Program-made: the position numbers and the translations under genes
Part shown: one piece after another, positions 25,821 through 40,500 of the stretch
How positions within the stretch are numbered: the stretch's first letter is position 1
Layout: each line of letters starts with the position of its first letter
Origin: Octopus vulgaris
Lineage: Eukaryota
Direction: 5' to 3'
Assembly (NCBI GenBank): GCA_951406725.2
Contig: OX597818.1
Location: 24,552,001 to 24,616,000 of the forward strand
Length of the DNA stretch: 64,000 nucleotides
The notes under the pieces: model-generated
What the model was told of the DNA's origin: nothing
The model's input: only the letters and a program-made list of their open reading frames with translations
The model's database searches: none

Positions 25821-28536
25821 CCTTTCTAATAAAGGCACAAGCCTGAAATTCTGAGGAAGGGGACAAACTGATTAAATCAACCCCAGTACTTGACTGGTAC
25901 TTATTTTATTGACTCTGAAAGGATGAAAGGCAAAGCCGACCTCAGCAGCATTTGAACTCAGAATGTAAAGATAAGAAAAATGCTGCTAATAATAATCTTT
26001 TCTACTATAGGCACAAGGCCTGGAATTTGTGGGGAGATGGTAAATTGATTACATTGACCTCAGTACACAACTGGTGCTTAATTTATTGACCTTGAAAAGA
26101 TGAAAGGCAAAGTCAACCTCAGTGGAATTTGAACTCAGAACATGAAGACAGATGAAATATTGCTAAGAATTTTGCCCAGTGTGCTAACGATTCTGCCAGC
26201 TTACCACCTTCAAAAATAATAATTATAATAATAATAAATACCCTGATGCAATAGCAGGTAGTGGCTCTCATGGTTTCTAATCTTAACTGATGGGAAGTAT
26301 TATTGTTGTATAGTGAAACTGTACACCCCTCTCGGTAAAAAGTGGTAGTTGCCAGCCATTATAAATAGACCAGAAGCTGGTCAACAGAGGAAGGTCAGAA
26401 GGTTGAGAGTATAAGTCATATATGTGTTGATATAGTAATTATACTGTGATACTGTGTGGTGTTATAACGATCCAACTTGTTGAGGATAATAATACGGTAA
26501 GACTGGGGATTGTACAGTGCTAGGTAGAAACATTCGATCAATGACTTCGGAAGATAACAATATCTGTCGGAGTGACAAACGTTGTCAAAAGACAAATACA
26601 ACAGCGGCAAAAGACCACTTTACAACAGTTATCATGTACGTTTTGCTTTGTTGTAAATGATGGGCTACAGCAAATATTCTGCTAATACCAGATTTGCTTG
26701 TCAATTGCTTGACCGTTACCAGTCAAGCATGTCCCTTAGTGGTTGATGATATGTGCACCTCTGATCCTGTGCAGGTGTAGTGGGGGAGCATCATAGCCAT
26801 GTTTAAAGAGGGATTCTTTGGGATTTGAATAATTCACATCAGGAAACATAGATGTTTTGTTCATAATCTTTAAACAACTTTTATTCAGGAACTTTCTGAG
26901 TGGGATGGGCTACCCAACCTAAAGAAAATTCAAAATGGGACCTACCTGCAAAGTCATACAATGTTTATCTTGATATGAAGTCACCATGTCATGCGCAAAT
27001 GGTTGTGTTGCATGTACCTGGTGTACCCTTATGAGACAGGTAGTCATGATAGGTATTTTGGGCTTCATATATTTGTACTCTAGCATCACTTTGATGACAT
27101 GTGCTGCTCTCTTTCACTCAATAATAATAATTATACTTTTTAATTTTAGGTACAAGGCTGACAATTTTGAGGGGAGGAGCAAATTGATTACATTGACCCC
27201 TGTACTTGATTGGTACTTTATTTAATCAACCCCAAATGGATCTCAACAGGATTTGAACTCAGAACATAGAGTGAAGAAATGATGCTAAGCATTTTATCTG
27301 ACACACTAAGGATTCTGATAGCTTACTGCCTTAATGATAATAATAACAACCATTTCTAATATTGGCACAAGTTTAGTACATAGACACCAGTACTTGATAG
27401 GTACTTAAGTTATTGACCCTGAAAGGATGAAGGGCAAAGACAACCCCAGTGCAATTTGAGCCAGAAGAAATACCACTAATATGCTAATGAGTTTGCCATC
27501 TTGCCACTTTAATAATAATAATGGTTGCAACGTTTGGCATAAGGCCATCAAGTTCAGAAAGGGGTACATTGATTACATCAACACCAGTGCTCAAGTGATA
27601 GTTATTTTATCAACCCTGATAAGATGAAAGGCAAAGATGACCTCAACAGAATTTTAACTCAGAACATAAAGATGGATGAAACACTGCTGAGCATTTTGTC
27701 CAGTGTGCTAACGATTCTGCTAATTCACCACCTTCACAATAATGATAAGGATTTCGAATTTTGGCACAAGGCCAGCAAGTTTAGGGGAGGAGGTAAGTTG
27801 ATTACATCAGCCTCAGTGTGTAACTGGTACTTATTTCATTGACCCCGAAAGTGTGAAAGGCAAAGATGACCTTGGCAGAATTTGAACTCAGAACATAAAG
27901 ACAGACAAAATACCACTGAGCATTTTATCTGGTGTGCTAATGATTCTGCCAGCTTGCCACCCTCACAATAATAATGATAGCAATAACAACAACAGCAATA
28001 CAATATGTAATAAATATAGACTGAAACTGTTTATTGAATTGAACAATATTAAATGCTTTACACCAAAATGTGTGATTGTTTGAAGAACTTCAAGAAAAAA
28101 AAATTTGGTCCTAAGGATAAAAAAGAAAAATAAACTGAAAAATTTGAAGGTTTCCTCTTCCACTGAACCAATGAGTAACAACTTGGTTAAAAACATTTAA
28201 TTTGACATCATATTTACACAAGGCCATTTGACTAAGTCATTTCTTTCCCATTTTCTTTTATGTCTTCTTTTTCCTTCTTTTTTGTTGCTTGTTTTGAGCA
28301 AGAAAAACTTGATATTGTTTTTGTCTGGAAAGGAATGCAAGAAATTCCAGTTCAAATTTTGAATTCCTGTATTTCTGTGCATTTTTCATTTTCCATTTGA
28401 ATGAGAGGAAAACAAACATACAGTGGAAATATTGTTCAATTCAATAAATAGAATCAGTCTGTATTTAGTACATATTGTATTGTGTTCTTCTTGTTGTGTA
28501 TTGACCTTTGTGAAGAGTTATGTCAATCTTCATAAA

Positions 28537-28575
<39 letters not shown>

Positions 28576-31500
28576 TCTTGTTTTATTGGCCACAAGGGCC
28601 AATATAAATCAAAAACATGTAAGGACAAAGATAGAACGAAAAGTACAAAGGGTTTTGTCCAAAAAGAAAGGTCCGTGTAAACATTAATAACAGCGAAAAA
28701 TATAACAAATAAAACTCCCAATAGGGGGAGGTGCTTTCAAAGGTTACATGTGGAAAAACCCATAAAAGCCACGGGAGCCTGGTCAAAAGGGGGTAGAGAG
28801 CCCCTTCTTTTATATTATCTTTTTTTTTTGACAGGTGTAACCTCAGAATTAGTCCATTCATGCTGGCCATTTTACCAACAGTCACTCACCTTTCAATAAA
28901 TTTGCTACAAGACAGCACTTCCCTTTCTACTCTCATCTTCCTTTTCAAGTGGAACTTGAAAAAGCTGATGAGGCCTTAGCCAAAGAGGAAAGTGTCTGAC
29001 TTTAGCCCTTTCAAACGGGTCCACCATACCACCTCTTTTGCTACAGCCACTAGACAAAGGAAAATTGCCTTGACCTCCTGGTTAAAAGAAGTCAGCAGGG
29101 CAATCCTCACTATGGATTCAGCTGATAGCCGGATCCGTCCTACATGTGACAGTAGCTGTTCGACATAAACCCACAGGTCAGCAATACTCGGGCACTGGAC
29201 GAGTGCGTACAGAATGGTTTCGTCACTCTGAGCGCACCTCGGGCAGGCCTGGCTGACAGCACTTCCATGCCGATAGAGTTTATCTTGAACAGGCAGTGCC
29301 CCTTGGTAGCACTGCAAGGCGAGGGACCTTTGGAAGGTATCCATGGGCCCCGGCCCGAAAGTTCTTCCAAACAGACTGTTTAACTCATTATCGTCGACGC
29401 CTAGAGTTTCCCTGAGAACGTCATTGCACTTTTCCTCCACTAACCTTCTATAGAACACTAGAGTGGAACTACTACCGATCACATTGCCTGCTTGGTGGAG
29501 GGTGGTGAGAGCTTGACGGCACTCGAGGTGCCAAGCGCCCTTTCTCAGTCTGCGTTTGATCCAAGATTGCAGCTCTGTTAAAGAGACGAGCTGCGGAAAG
29601 TCATGTCTGACAAATGGCGACCACACCTGTTCACCGTCCAAGAAATGCTTGAGATGCCATAGCCTGAGCGCATGTCTGCGCATCAGCAACCACGGTATGC
29701 CAAGGCCTCCGTTCAGCGCCTGACCAGTGGTACCTGACCCTTCCAGAGAAAATCGAAGAGCAAGCGCACCAACTTGGCCAACCAGCGGTTAGGACAAGGG
29801 ACGACGGTCAATCGGTAATAGATGACAGATGCGATGTACGCATTCGCCACCTCCGCTCGACCTTTCAGGGACAGCTTCCTCTCAACCCATTTCTGGATGA
29901 GATTGGCCATAATAATAATAATGATGATGATGATGGGCAGTATCATAAGGTTCTGAGAGGAATATAAAGGAAATGGGAATAGAGTGCCCAGTAGAGTTGT
30001 TGCAAAACATTTGCCTCCTTGGAATGGCCAGAGTCACCAGGAAAGTATTGGATAGTTGAGAGAACAAATAAGCATGGTACTGTAGGCCACAAGTAGCAAG
30101 CTCACTACTCATGCATGATTCCAGGAGTTCCAACAAAACTCAAAAGAATAATAGTAATTTTTGCTGTAGGCATAAGGCCTGAAATTTTGGATGAAGGGGT
30201 TAGTCAGTTACATTAGCCAGTACTATTTTATCAACCTCATATGGATGAAAGGTAAGGTTGACATCAGCAGTATTTGAACTCCAAAAATAAAGACAAATGA
30301 AGTGCTGCCAAGCATTTTGCCCGACATGCTAAAGATTGCCAGTTTGCTGCTTTAATAATAATAATATCCCTTTCTACTATAGGCACAAGGCCTAAAATTT
30401 GGTAGGAGGGGGCTAATTCATTTTTTCAACCCCAGTGCTCAAGTGGTACTTATTTCATCAACTTTGAAAGGATGAAAGGCAAAGTCAACCTTTGTGGAAT
30501 TTGAACTCAGAATGTAGAAATGGATAAAATGACAACAAGCATTTTGCCTGTCATGCTAACAATTCTGCCAGCTCACCACTTTAAGAATAAGTTAGCAGTG
30601 GCTGTAGTATCATCATCATTTTTCATCCACTTTCTACGCTGGCATGAGTTCAACAGATCATCATGGTCCAACTCAATTATTATTTTGAATTACTGCTCCC
30701 TAAATAAGTTGGAAGACCACACATTGCTTGATTTCAGTAAGGTTTCTTTGACTGGATACTCTTCCTGATATTAACCACTTTACAGAGTGTTACTGGTGTC
30801 ATCATAACTAACAATGTCATATGCTTGGCAAGACTTAAGAGTTTTAAACTCTTAAAATTATAATTAATATAATTTCAACTCTAAAAATTAAATACTCACC
30901 TATAGTCACAGTATAAATTGAATTTGCATATCCATCATAATTACAATTGTCGAAGTTGCTACCACCATTACCACTGGCAACCACATAAATACTTCCATAA
31001 CCATTACGGCCATAATCGATACCATGTTTCATAGCTTGCTACCAAAAGATGAAGAGCAATTTTTAAAAAATGATGTGTTTGTTGCATGTATTTTCAAGCA
31101 ATTTAGAAATTAGTGGTAAATTATTGCAATAAAAAATTTTCTACTTTAGTAATAAAATGTTTAGTCTTAAAGATATATATTTATTTGTTGGGGAGAATAT
31201 CTCCTATGTGTCACACACAATAATATGTTATCAATATCTCCCATGCCCCTCAAAAAGCATGACAGCTTGATACCTAAACTTTTTTTGCCCACCTAGCACT
31301 ATGTAGACAACCACATTCCCAATTACCCAGAAGAACTCTGAAACCCCTCCTTCAAATTCAACCTTTACCCACATAACAAAGATCATCTTTATGCCTAATC
31401 ACATTAGACTAGCACATGCCCCCAACCACCAACAGGTAGCTGTGGTTGTCTTCTAAACTGTAGAGAAAACCTTTATTCATAGCAACTCGAAGTTGCCACT

Positions 31501-34500
31501 CTGAATACCCCTAACAGAAAACCTCCTATCACTACAGAGAGTCACAGCTTCTCAGCAATAATGAAAGTGACCCATCTAGGAAGCTGGACACTCTGAATAA
31601 ACCCAACATTGTTTGAAACTACATGGAAAAAGATGTGGATACAACAAGCTGCAGAGAAAGCAACCCATCTATAAGAGTGGGAACTCAAATAAAAACTGAT
31701 ATAAAGTAGAGGGGATACTTTAACCTATCTAGTGCTGACAGCATGATAAAATGCACCTAGTCTGTACTATAAAGTTGTTAATGACAGGAAGAGTAAAAGT
31801 ACAGCTAGTGAGTATGGCTTGGAAACATGTCATTCTTTCGCTTGTTTTAGGTACCTATGAGTAGAAATAAACAACTTCTTGGCTCCCTACACCTTTGAGC
31901 CAGTGGAACATCCAGGATGTGACAAGTGGTAGGATGAAGAGCAACACCAGCACCTGGCTGGTACTTATTGCAGGGGAGTAGACTGGAGCAATGTGAAACC
32001 AAGCTCTTTATTCAAGGACATAATGTGCCACCTGTTTCAGGAATTGCAACAACTTTATGATCATGAGCTGAACTCTATAAGCAATTAGGTCATGTAGCTT
32101 CAAGAGAGAAAGGGTATCCAGTCATAAAAGCAACCTAATTCATACACAACAACAGCACATACCATGACAGCAGTGATAATATAAAAGTTGCTAGGTGTGA
32201 GTGTCCTTCAACTAACATCAAACAACCCACCACTACAAATGACAACTCTCTTATGTTTAGGCACAGGACTTCAGGGCCTGTACCATTAAAGTTCGTATGA
32301 TGGAAAATAGATCTGGAGAATTTGTTGATGCTAGAGAGAAGGTGAAAAAAAAAAATTAAATTCTTTGTACAGAATAGAATATTGGTAGCAAATAAAAAAG
32401 GAGTAAGGAATGGTATCAGGTAGCTACAAAGAAGCTAGAAGTCATATATACTTTGCAAGCAAGGAAGCTGAGCAAGTTATGACAAAAATTAGACTAAATA
32501 AAAAGATAAACTTTTTACATAGTGGCTGTTTCCTCAGTTTCAATAATTTTTAGTCCACTCAAGAGATTTCCCAATGTTCTACACTGTAGTGTATTAGAAT
32601 AAAACAGGACAACAATGGTGAAGGGTATGTTTAGAATGATAACAGTATAGTTACCCTATCAATGCTAAGTGGGAAAAGGCACAAATAATACAAACAGCTG
32701 TCAAATGAGTAAAAGGGATTTCTCCAAGGGGATCCAACAGTAGGAATAGCTATTGGGGTTGACTGTTATACAATAGAAAGGATCCATTAAGAATGTGAAG
32801 GCAAGGACCGCAGCTGAACCATTAGGGATGGTTACTGAAATGCTAAAAATATCTGGTAAAGTAGGACATGCACTGGTTATTCACATAGTCAATTAAATAA
32901 TGAAAGGAGGTGTCATCCCAATCAACTAGTATAGCAGCAGTATTGTGAACTCCAACAAAAGAAAGGAGATACTTTAGAAAGAAGTAGCCAGAGAGACATT
33001 AAACTGATGTATCATGAAAGTGGAACAGAGAGTTATATGAAATACAGTTTAGATTAGTACCACGACATAGAATCATTGATGCCGCCTTCTTAGAGAGGAA
33101 ACTACAAAAAAAAAAACAACCTTTTAAGCCAAGAAAATATACTTAGCATTTGTTGACTTGAAGGTAGCCTTTTACAGGCTATCTACTATGATTGGCAGTT
33201 TTGTGATTGCTAGAAAAACTGGGAGGTAGAGAAATGGATGGCTTTTGGGAGTTATGCAAGCTAGACAAAAATTAGACTAAATAAAAAGATAATGGCTATT
33301 TCCTCAGTTTCAATAATTTTTAGTCCGCTCAAGATTAGTGCTGAAAGAACTGAAAATAAGGTTGTATTGATAGTTTTTCTGTCATGGCCCATGCCCACAA
33401 AAGAGGTTAGCTCAGTAATGTGAGCTAGAGAAACATTTTTGCATGGGTAAAAGTAGCTCATTCCCAAATTGTTGCAGCAGTGGAACTAAAATATGCAAAA
33501 ATGTTTCTCTAGCTCACATTACTGAGCTAACCTCTTTTGTGGGCATGGGCCATGACAGAAAAACTATCAATACAACCTTATTTTCAGTTCTTTCAGAGCT
33601 ACTGATAATTAAGTGTTTTGGCTATGATGAAAACTACATGATACAAACCACTGACTCTTCATCAACTCAGTAATTTGTGTTTCATCTCTAATTAGATCTT
33701 AATTATTAAAATGATATGTATATTGATAGTAAGTTTTCAGTCTGCATCCAGATATTGTCAACTTTAATTTTAAAGAAGAAATAATATATGTTCTTTGTTT
33801 TGCCTAACAAATATATGAAAGAACGCACTAACTCATGATATATCATTTTAATTTATATAAGTTTTATATAAGTTTTATGTTCAATAAATTTTGCTGAAAG
33901 ATCTATGTTGCACTGAAATAAATTGAATTTAAGATACTGAAAAAAACTACAATACATAGGTGCAAGCATGACTGTGTGATAAGAAGATTGCTTTCCAGAT
34001 ACATGATTTTGTGTTCAGTCCCATTGCGTGACACCTTGGGCAGCTATCTTCTACTGTAGCACCAGGCTGACCAAAGCCTTGTGAGTGGATTTGGTAGATA
34101 GAAACTGAAAGAAGCCCATTATATACATATGCATGCACATGAGTGTGTTTTTGTGTGTATGTGTGTCTTTGATTATCTCTTACTGCAGCTTGACAACTGA
34201 TGTTGGTTTGTTTACACCCCTATAACTTACTGGTTCAGCAAAAAGAGACCAATAGAATAAGTACCAGGTTTTAAAATATATACTGAGGTTAATCTGTACA
34301 ACTAAAAAAAAATTACATCATTTATATTTGATGGATATTTGTCCTCATCATGTTGTTAACACATTGTTTCGGCTGATACACCCTCCAGCCTTCATCAGGT
34401 GTCTTGGGGGAAATTTCAAACCTGTGTTCTCATTCCTAAGGTATTTTTCGATGTTATTACTATTATTATTATTCAGGTCACTGTTTAGAATCAAACTCAG

Positions 34501-37500
34501 AATTTTGGGACTAGTAGCTCGTGCTCTTAACCACTATGCCATATGCCCGTGGGCAGTTACGGAGTGAATTTTAGGACTTATAAATCTAATATTTTCCTAG
34601 TATATGTGCTGCTTCTTTTAGTTTTCGTATTTCCCAGTGGTGTTCTCTGTCTATTATTTTAACTTCATCCCTCAGAGGGAGGTGCTCTCTATTTTTCCAT
34701 ACATGATCAGCTATACCCGATTTATCAATATCTCCTCGTGTCACAGCTTTGCAACGTTCATCTACCCTTATTTTGAGGGGGTGGCATGTTTTGTCTTTGT
34801 ATAACCTACCACAGCTGCATAGAATGGAGTACACGCAGTTTTTGGTCATATTCTCTTCTATTGGTGGTTTTACTCAAAGGAGTAAATATAGAACTATAGA
34901 AAAAAATTGTTCAAGGTGGTAACCAGCATGGCCACAGTCCAATGACTGAGATAAGTAAAAGATACAAATAGTACTTTCTCGCACAAATATGAAATATCAA
35001 GGGTAGAAAATGGAAAATCTGAAGTCAATCATTTGCTATACACAGAATATTACTGATGCATGTAAAATCACTGCAACTGGGATTCACAATCAGAGAACAA
35101 TGACAATAGTATTAGGTTAGCCAAGAAGTCTGTTCATTTTTTTAAGTAAAATTAAGACAAAAGTTTTAAACACAAAGTAATTTATCTGATCAATGATGTA
35201 ATTATCATTTCATTGCATTATCTTCAGCTAACTGGTGCATCACTGCATATAAATTGTCTAGTACACATCTGAATTGATGGTGTAATTAGTTCAAGGGAAG
35301 AAGATCATATAAAACAACATCCTTCCAAACCCACCAAATTGAGATCATGACCTTCTTTGGGTGAAATCATGCTTTGGAGATTGTTTGTGGTGGTTAATCA
35401 AACTTCTCCCATGATCATTTGCACTTCACTTTGTTAGACAATTCCTTTTTCAACCTCTGTCACCATTCTCTTCAAAAAAAGGATCATTTTCTTTATTTTC
35501 TGAAACTGCAAATGGAAAAACCACAGAGCAAGGATAGCCTTATTCAATTGGTGTGGGACCTAAACATTGAGACTGCTGATGTAACCAAATTGATTCAGAT
35601 GATTTTAAATACTCAATTTGGATATTTGAAGAATATCTGCAATCATCCTGATCATATAATAGAAGGTAGGTGTTGACTAACTATTTTGTTTTGTCCCCAT
35701 TAATTTCAGTTGGCCAGCCAGAGTGAGGACTAAGTAATTTCCCAATCAAAATCTTGAAAAACCACTTCTGATATACCCATTCTGTAAACAGTATCCTCTC
35801 CTCACACAGTGCATATTTTCCTGCCAGTTTCTACTGCTTCCTTGCTGTTTTTAGAATAAAAAAAGCATGAAGTGTCAGTAATGTTCGTTTTGGTCCTCTA
35901 TTTTGAGGGTGATCTCCAGAACACAAAATACAGCCTGTCTTATTGCAAGTTTGCATTGAACTATTTTGAAGTATTACGTATCTAATGAGTGTGCATGCGT
36001 AAGGAGCAGAGTGAAGTTAGCTACCTGTTAGAAATCAAATGGACTTTTTGGCCAAATCAGCATATTTACTAATTCAACACAGCTTTGAAACAAAATTGAA
36101 AGAGAAAAAATAAAACAACAATAAAGGAGATTTCTGTATCATTAGTTTCAATGTTAACAAATCAAATTCAATACTAATCTCATTACAAGAGTAATTTAGT
36201 TTTTCCAAGCCTCAATTTAAAATTCCTTTCTTACCAAAGCTAGAGTATGAGGACCATCGACAGTCATTCCATCATCATCAGGGCCCCAACTGAAAAACAA
36301 TTGCAAAAAACAATCACCTAAATATAATGTAAAAGAAGGGAATTACAGTTAGGGTACATCAGTTTTTCATATCAAAATGTAAAATAGTGAAGCAATAATG
36401 ATAAACGTCGCCCTTTTCAAGCCTAGCCAGGCTCATGGGCCCAGTTTCCCGGTTTCTGTGGTGTACGTGTTCCCCCCAGCTGGACGGGATGCCAGTCCAT
36501 TGCAGCGTTACTCAAGAAACAGGAAGAAAGAGTGAGAGAAAGTTGTGGCAAAAGAGTACAACAGGGGTCGCCACCACCCCCTACAGGAGCCTCATGGAGC
36601 TTTTTAGGTGTTTTCACTTAATAAACACACACAACGCCCAGTCTGGGAATCGAAACCGTGATCCTCCAACCGCGAGTCTGCTGCCCTAACCACCGGGCCA
36701 TTGCACCTCCACAGTGAAGCAATAAATATTATACAAAACTCTAGTAAAAGACATATGGAAAAGAAAACTGACCTGCAGCTGTATATGTCATTAATTTGCA
36801 TATTTTTGTTAAATGCTGTTGCTTCCAGACCATCTGTAAGGGGACCATCTAGTACCCGCAATCCTGTAAATAAGAAATTGTTACTTTTTTTTTTTCAAGT
36901 ATCATCATTATGTTTTGACTTGTAATCTTCTGTGGTCACTGAAACAGGATATGCTAGACTTTAAATAGAGTAAGCCCGAACAATATATTATGTCATAGAT
37001 CTGGTGACATTATGAGACAGAAAAATGAATTAGTGTATTAATATTACAATTTCAATACATATTGCAAATTTAAACACCAATTTGTCATAAAATGTTGCAT
37101 TGTTTATGCAGTAAAAGGTATCTATTTCAGATTGAATTCCTTTGTATCAATGTTTATTATAGATTGTAGTGCAACTTATTAAAAAGACATGATAAATTAA
37201 ACTTAAACTAATGAAATATAGAGTGGATGTTTGTTAACACTTTGCTAAACATGAGGAAACTATGACAAATGACTTCCTATCTAATTACCAGCATTAAGTT
37301 TGATGACCCAATATTGGCAAGTGTTATACTAGGATATGAGTATAGAAATACCCATCAACCTTTTTTTACTGTGTAATATACCATTCCTATTGTTTCATGC
37401 ATAACAAATTTTCTTCAAGGTCTAGGTTTAATGACTTTATAATACATTTCAAAATATGACATTAACACTTGAAATGTCAAGATAAACCAACCTGAAACTT

Positions 37501-40500
37501 TAGCACCATATGCTACACCAACTGCACAAACTTTATTAGGGACAGCAGCAATTTCTCCAGCACAACGGGTACCATGATGATTAGTATCTACAAGAAAAAC
37601 AAACCTTCAGCTTATGTTTGTATTGACAGGTTTTATAAATGCATAAATATTAAATTAAATAATCTAATCTTTCAATCAGGTTTAAACTTGTCTTTTATAA
37701 TGTTCATTGTGATACATACTGCAGAAAAAATTTTTCGTGAAGTTAATTGAAGACACCTGCAATAGAAGTAAACTACTCACAAAGGAGTGTTAAGTAATTA
37801 CTGATGAATTGTTTAATTGCAATATTGTCAGTTTAACCTTTATTCCAAGTTGCTGAAAAGTCCTTGTTGGGTTTAATTTCACAGAAAGACTCAATACAAA
37901 TGATATGTAAATGAGACCATATGTTTATTCATTGATAATCCACACTGAATGTACATATTGTCCAGTTGTCAATCATATAAATTTACATAAATAGGCTCTT
38001 TTCTAGACTGTCTACAATTTAATAGTCATCAACTACTATCACTGTTAATTTGGGGAGCAATGAAACCAGTCAGTCCATTACTCAGACCAAACTAGCAAAA
38101 CGTAGAAAACTAAATACATATGATATTAGTCCATACACTTATATAAAATTAAGACTAGTTGTATCAAATGTGAAATCAATGTGTCTCACAAATGGCATTG
38201 TATGAGTTTTAGGTTCATAGACAAATGCTCTATGAATTTCAATGAAGAATGAAAGACTTGTACAACAGACTAACTTAGAAAAGCAGTTATTACAATAATA
38301 ATAGTAGTAGTGACAAAGATGATGGAAACACAAGTTATATGAATGTGAAAATTTACAAGACCAATCAAAGTAGGTGTTTTACAACTGAATATTCTTCATA
38401 ATGGCCAAAAAAAAAAATTAAAAGATTCTTTTTGTGTTTTAAGTGGCACAAGCATGGCTGTATGGTAAGAAGCTTGTTCCCTAACCACATAGTGTTCCAG
38501 GTTCAGTCTCACTGCATGGCACCTTGGGCAAATGTCTCTACTATAGCCTTGGGCTATAGTATGAGACTATAGAGTAAAAGATAAAAGATAACTATATAGC
38601 AGAGTGAAAATTTGCCAATGTTAAAATTCATTTGCTTCAAAATTAGCAAAGCCATTGATAAAATTGCAGAAATCTTCTTGCCAATATTATTCCAGGAGAC
38701 TGTGCTTAGAACTAAATACCAGCCATAACATATTCCCTTGTGTCAATGCCTCACAGTTTCTTTCCTACCCCCATCATCAAATATATCATTGCTCTCTTTC
38801 ATATAATCTCCATATATACTAACCTCAAAACTTCAAACTCCACAATATAAACACACAAATTTTACTCATTCCATTTTGTTGAAAGTGATTTATTATACAC
38901 ATTGATCTTCTCCTACTGCCAATACTGATGCAGTTTTCCAGCTATTGTGCCTTATGCAAAACCAGTTGGATGCCACCTAAATCAAGTCAATGAAGTTGTA
39001 CACTAATTCTTTATTTTTCTTGCTCTTGTGACAGTTCAACATCAATGCTTGCATACTTCAGATCACAGCCAACATATATCTAATATTTCTGAGAATATTT
39101 CCAAAGTTAAGTATCATCCCCTTAGAGCTAACCTTCATTTGTGTACCACCAAGCATTATATATATTAAGCATAACTGTAATAAGAGATTTTAAATATGTA
39201 AATAATATATTACAGTGAATGGTAGTGAATCTTAGATTTTAGCAAATGATTAAGAAACTATTGTTGGGAAAAAGAATAAAAATAAAATAAACATATTACA
39301 ATACTGACCTGAACTGGTACTAGGCATTGGATCAGGATCATTATCATTTAAATCCCAGCTTCCTTTAGCACAATAATTTTTCTCAAGGTCAGGGTTAGTC
39401 CACTCCACTCCTAAATGAACAGATCAAAAGACTCATATTATGCTGGATCTATAATATGAAATAAATATCATAGTTGCTAATGTAATGTTTTATATTAGGT
39501 GCTTCATAAACATACGAGAGAGGGGCTTGAACTGTAAGCTCAGGTCACCTCTACTTGTATAACAAATATTGCTATATCATTACTATGCACAAAGTACTAT
39601 AATTTAAACAATGAAAATAGGTTATTCTCCTGATACTCTGTCAGTTATGACAATGAGAGTTCCAGTTGATCTAATCAATGGAACAGCCTGCTCATGCAAG
39701 TGGCTGAGCATTCCACAGACATACATAACCTTAATGTGGTTCTCAGGAAGATTCAGCATGACACAAAACGTGACAAGGCTGGCTTTTTGAAATACAGGTA
39801 TTACTAGTTTTTGCCAGCTGAGTGTTGCTCGAGGACACAACATACAACCAGGAATTGAACTCACACCCTTACAATTGTGAGCTAATTACCCTAACCACTA
39901 AGCTACATACCTTCATAGGTAGTTGTGATATTCATTTATTTCCTGAGAGTATTAATAGAGTAACTACATTGGGTTGGTTCAAGAATCAAAATTGGGCCTT
40001 TAAGTCTTATGAGACTTTGACTTCATGTAATGTGATGTGGATAAGTTAGCCTAGTAACACTTCATTCCTCTCTAGCCTTTTGATCTTGAATAGTAAGGTG
40101 CAGATAGCAACAGGAGTGAAATGGTACTACCCGGAATTGAATATGCACCATAAACTTGGTTTGTTAAGACTTGCTAACACTTTATGGTGTTTGTACCACA
40201 ACAAAAAAGAAATATAGATAAATGCCAATATCATTTCTTACCATCATCAACAACAGCTACAACAATGTTTTTACCAGTAACATTGTGCTTCCAAACGCGC
40301 ATAACATCAATATCCATCTCTGGATTCTTGGGGTTATTCTAAAATAAATAGAACCAAGTCCAATACTCAGACAGAAATAACACTTAATTGAAGTGACAAA
40401 TGTAAAGGATATGCAAAGGTTGAAAAGAAATGAGGTGAGCATACTCCACTGGATGTGTAATGCCCATGTTCATTAACAACAGAGCACAAATGTGCTGAGA

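Larger units (their letters stand above)
34316..34885 (-). mobile_element. Penelope-like element 3' fragment (GIY-YIG endonuclease + tail), nested in a SINE tail
   Basis: ORF 34586..34849: [16 protein letters not shown]...[25 protein letters not shown]; the host SINE tail resumes near 34910. Confidence 0.85.

Noticed and set aside
25820-27962. Repeat-spacer-like periodicity suggesting a CRISPR-like array
   Set aside because: Units are ~200-bp diverged SINEs with Pol III boxes in a eukaryotic intron; there are no unique spacers and no cas genes.
34476-34548. Functional tRNA gene (likewise the SINE head at 36640-36710)
   Set aside because: Acceptor and T stems do not pair properly and both are embedded in retroposons.
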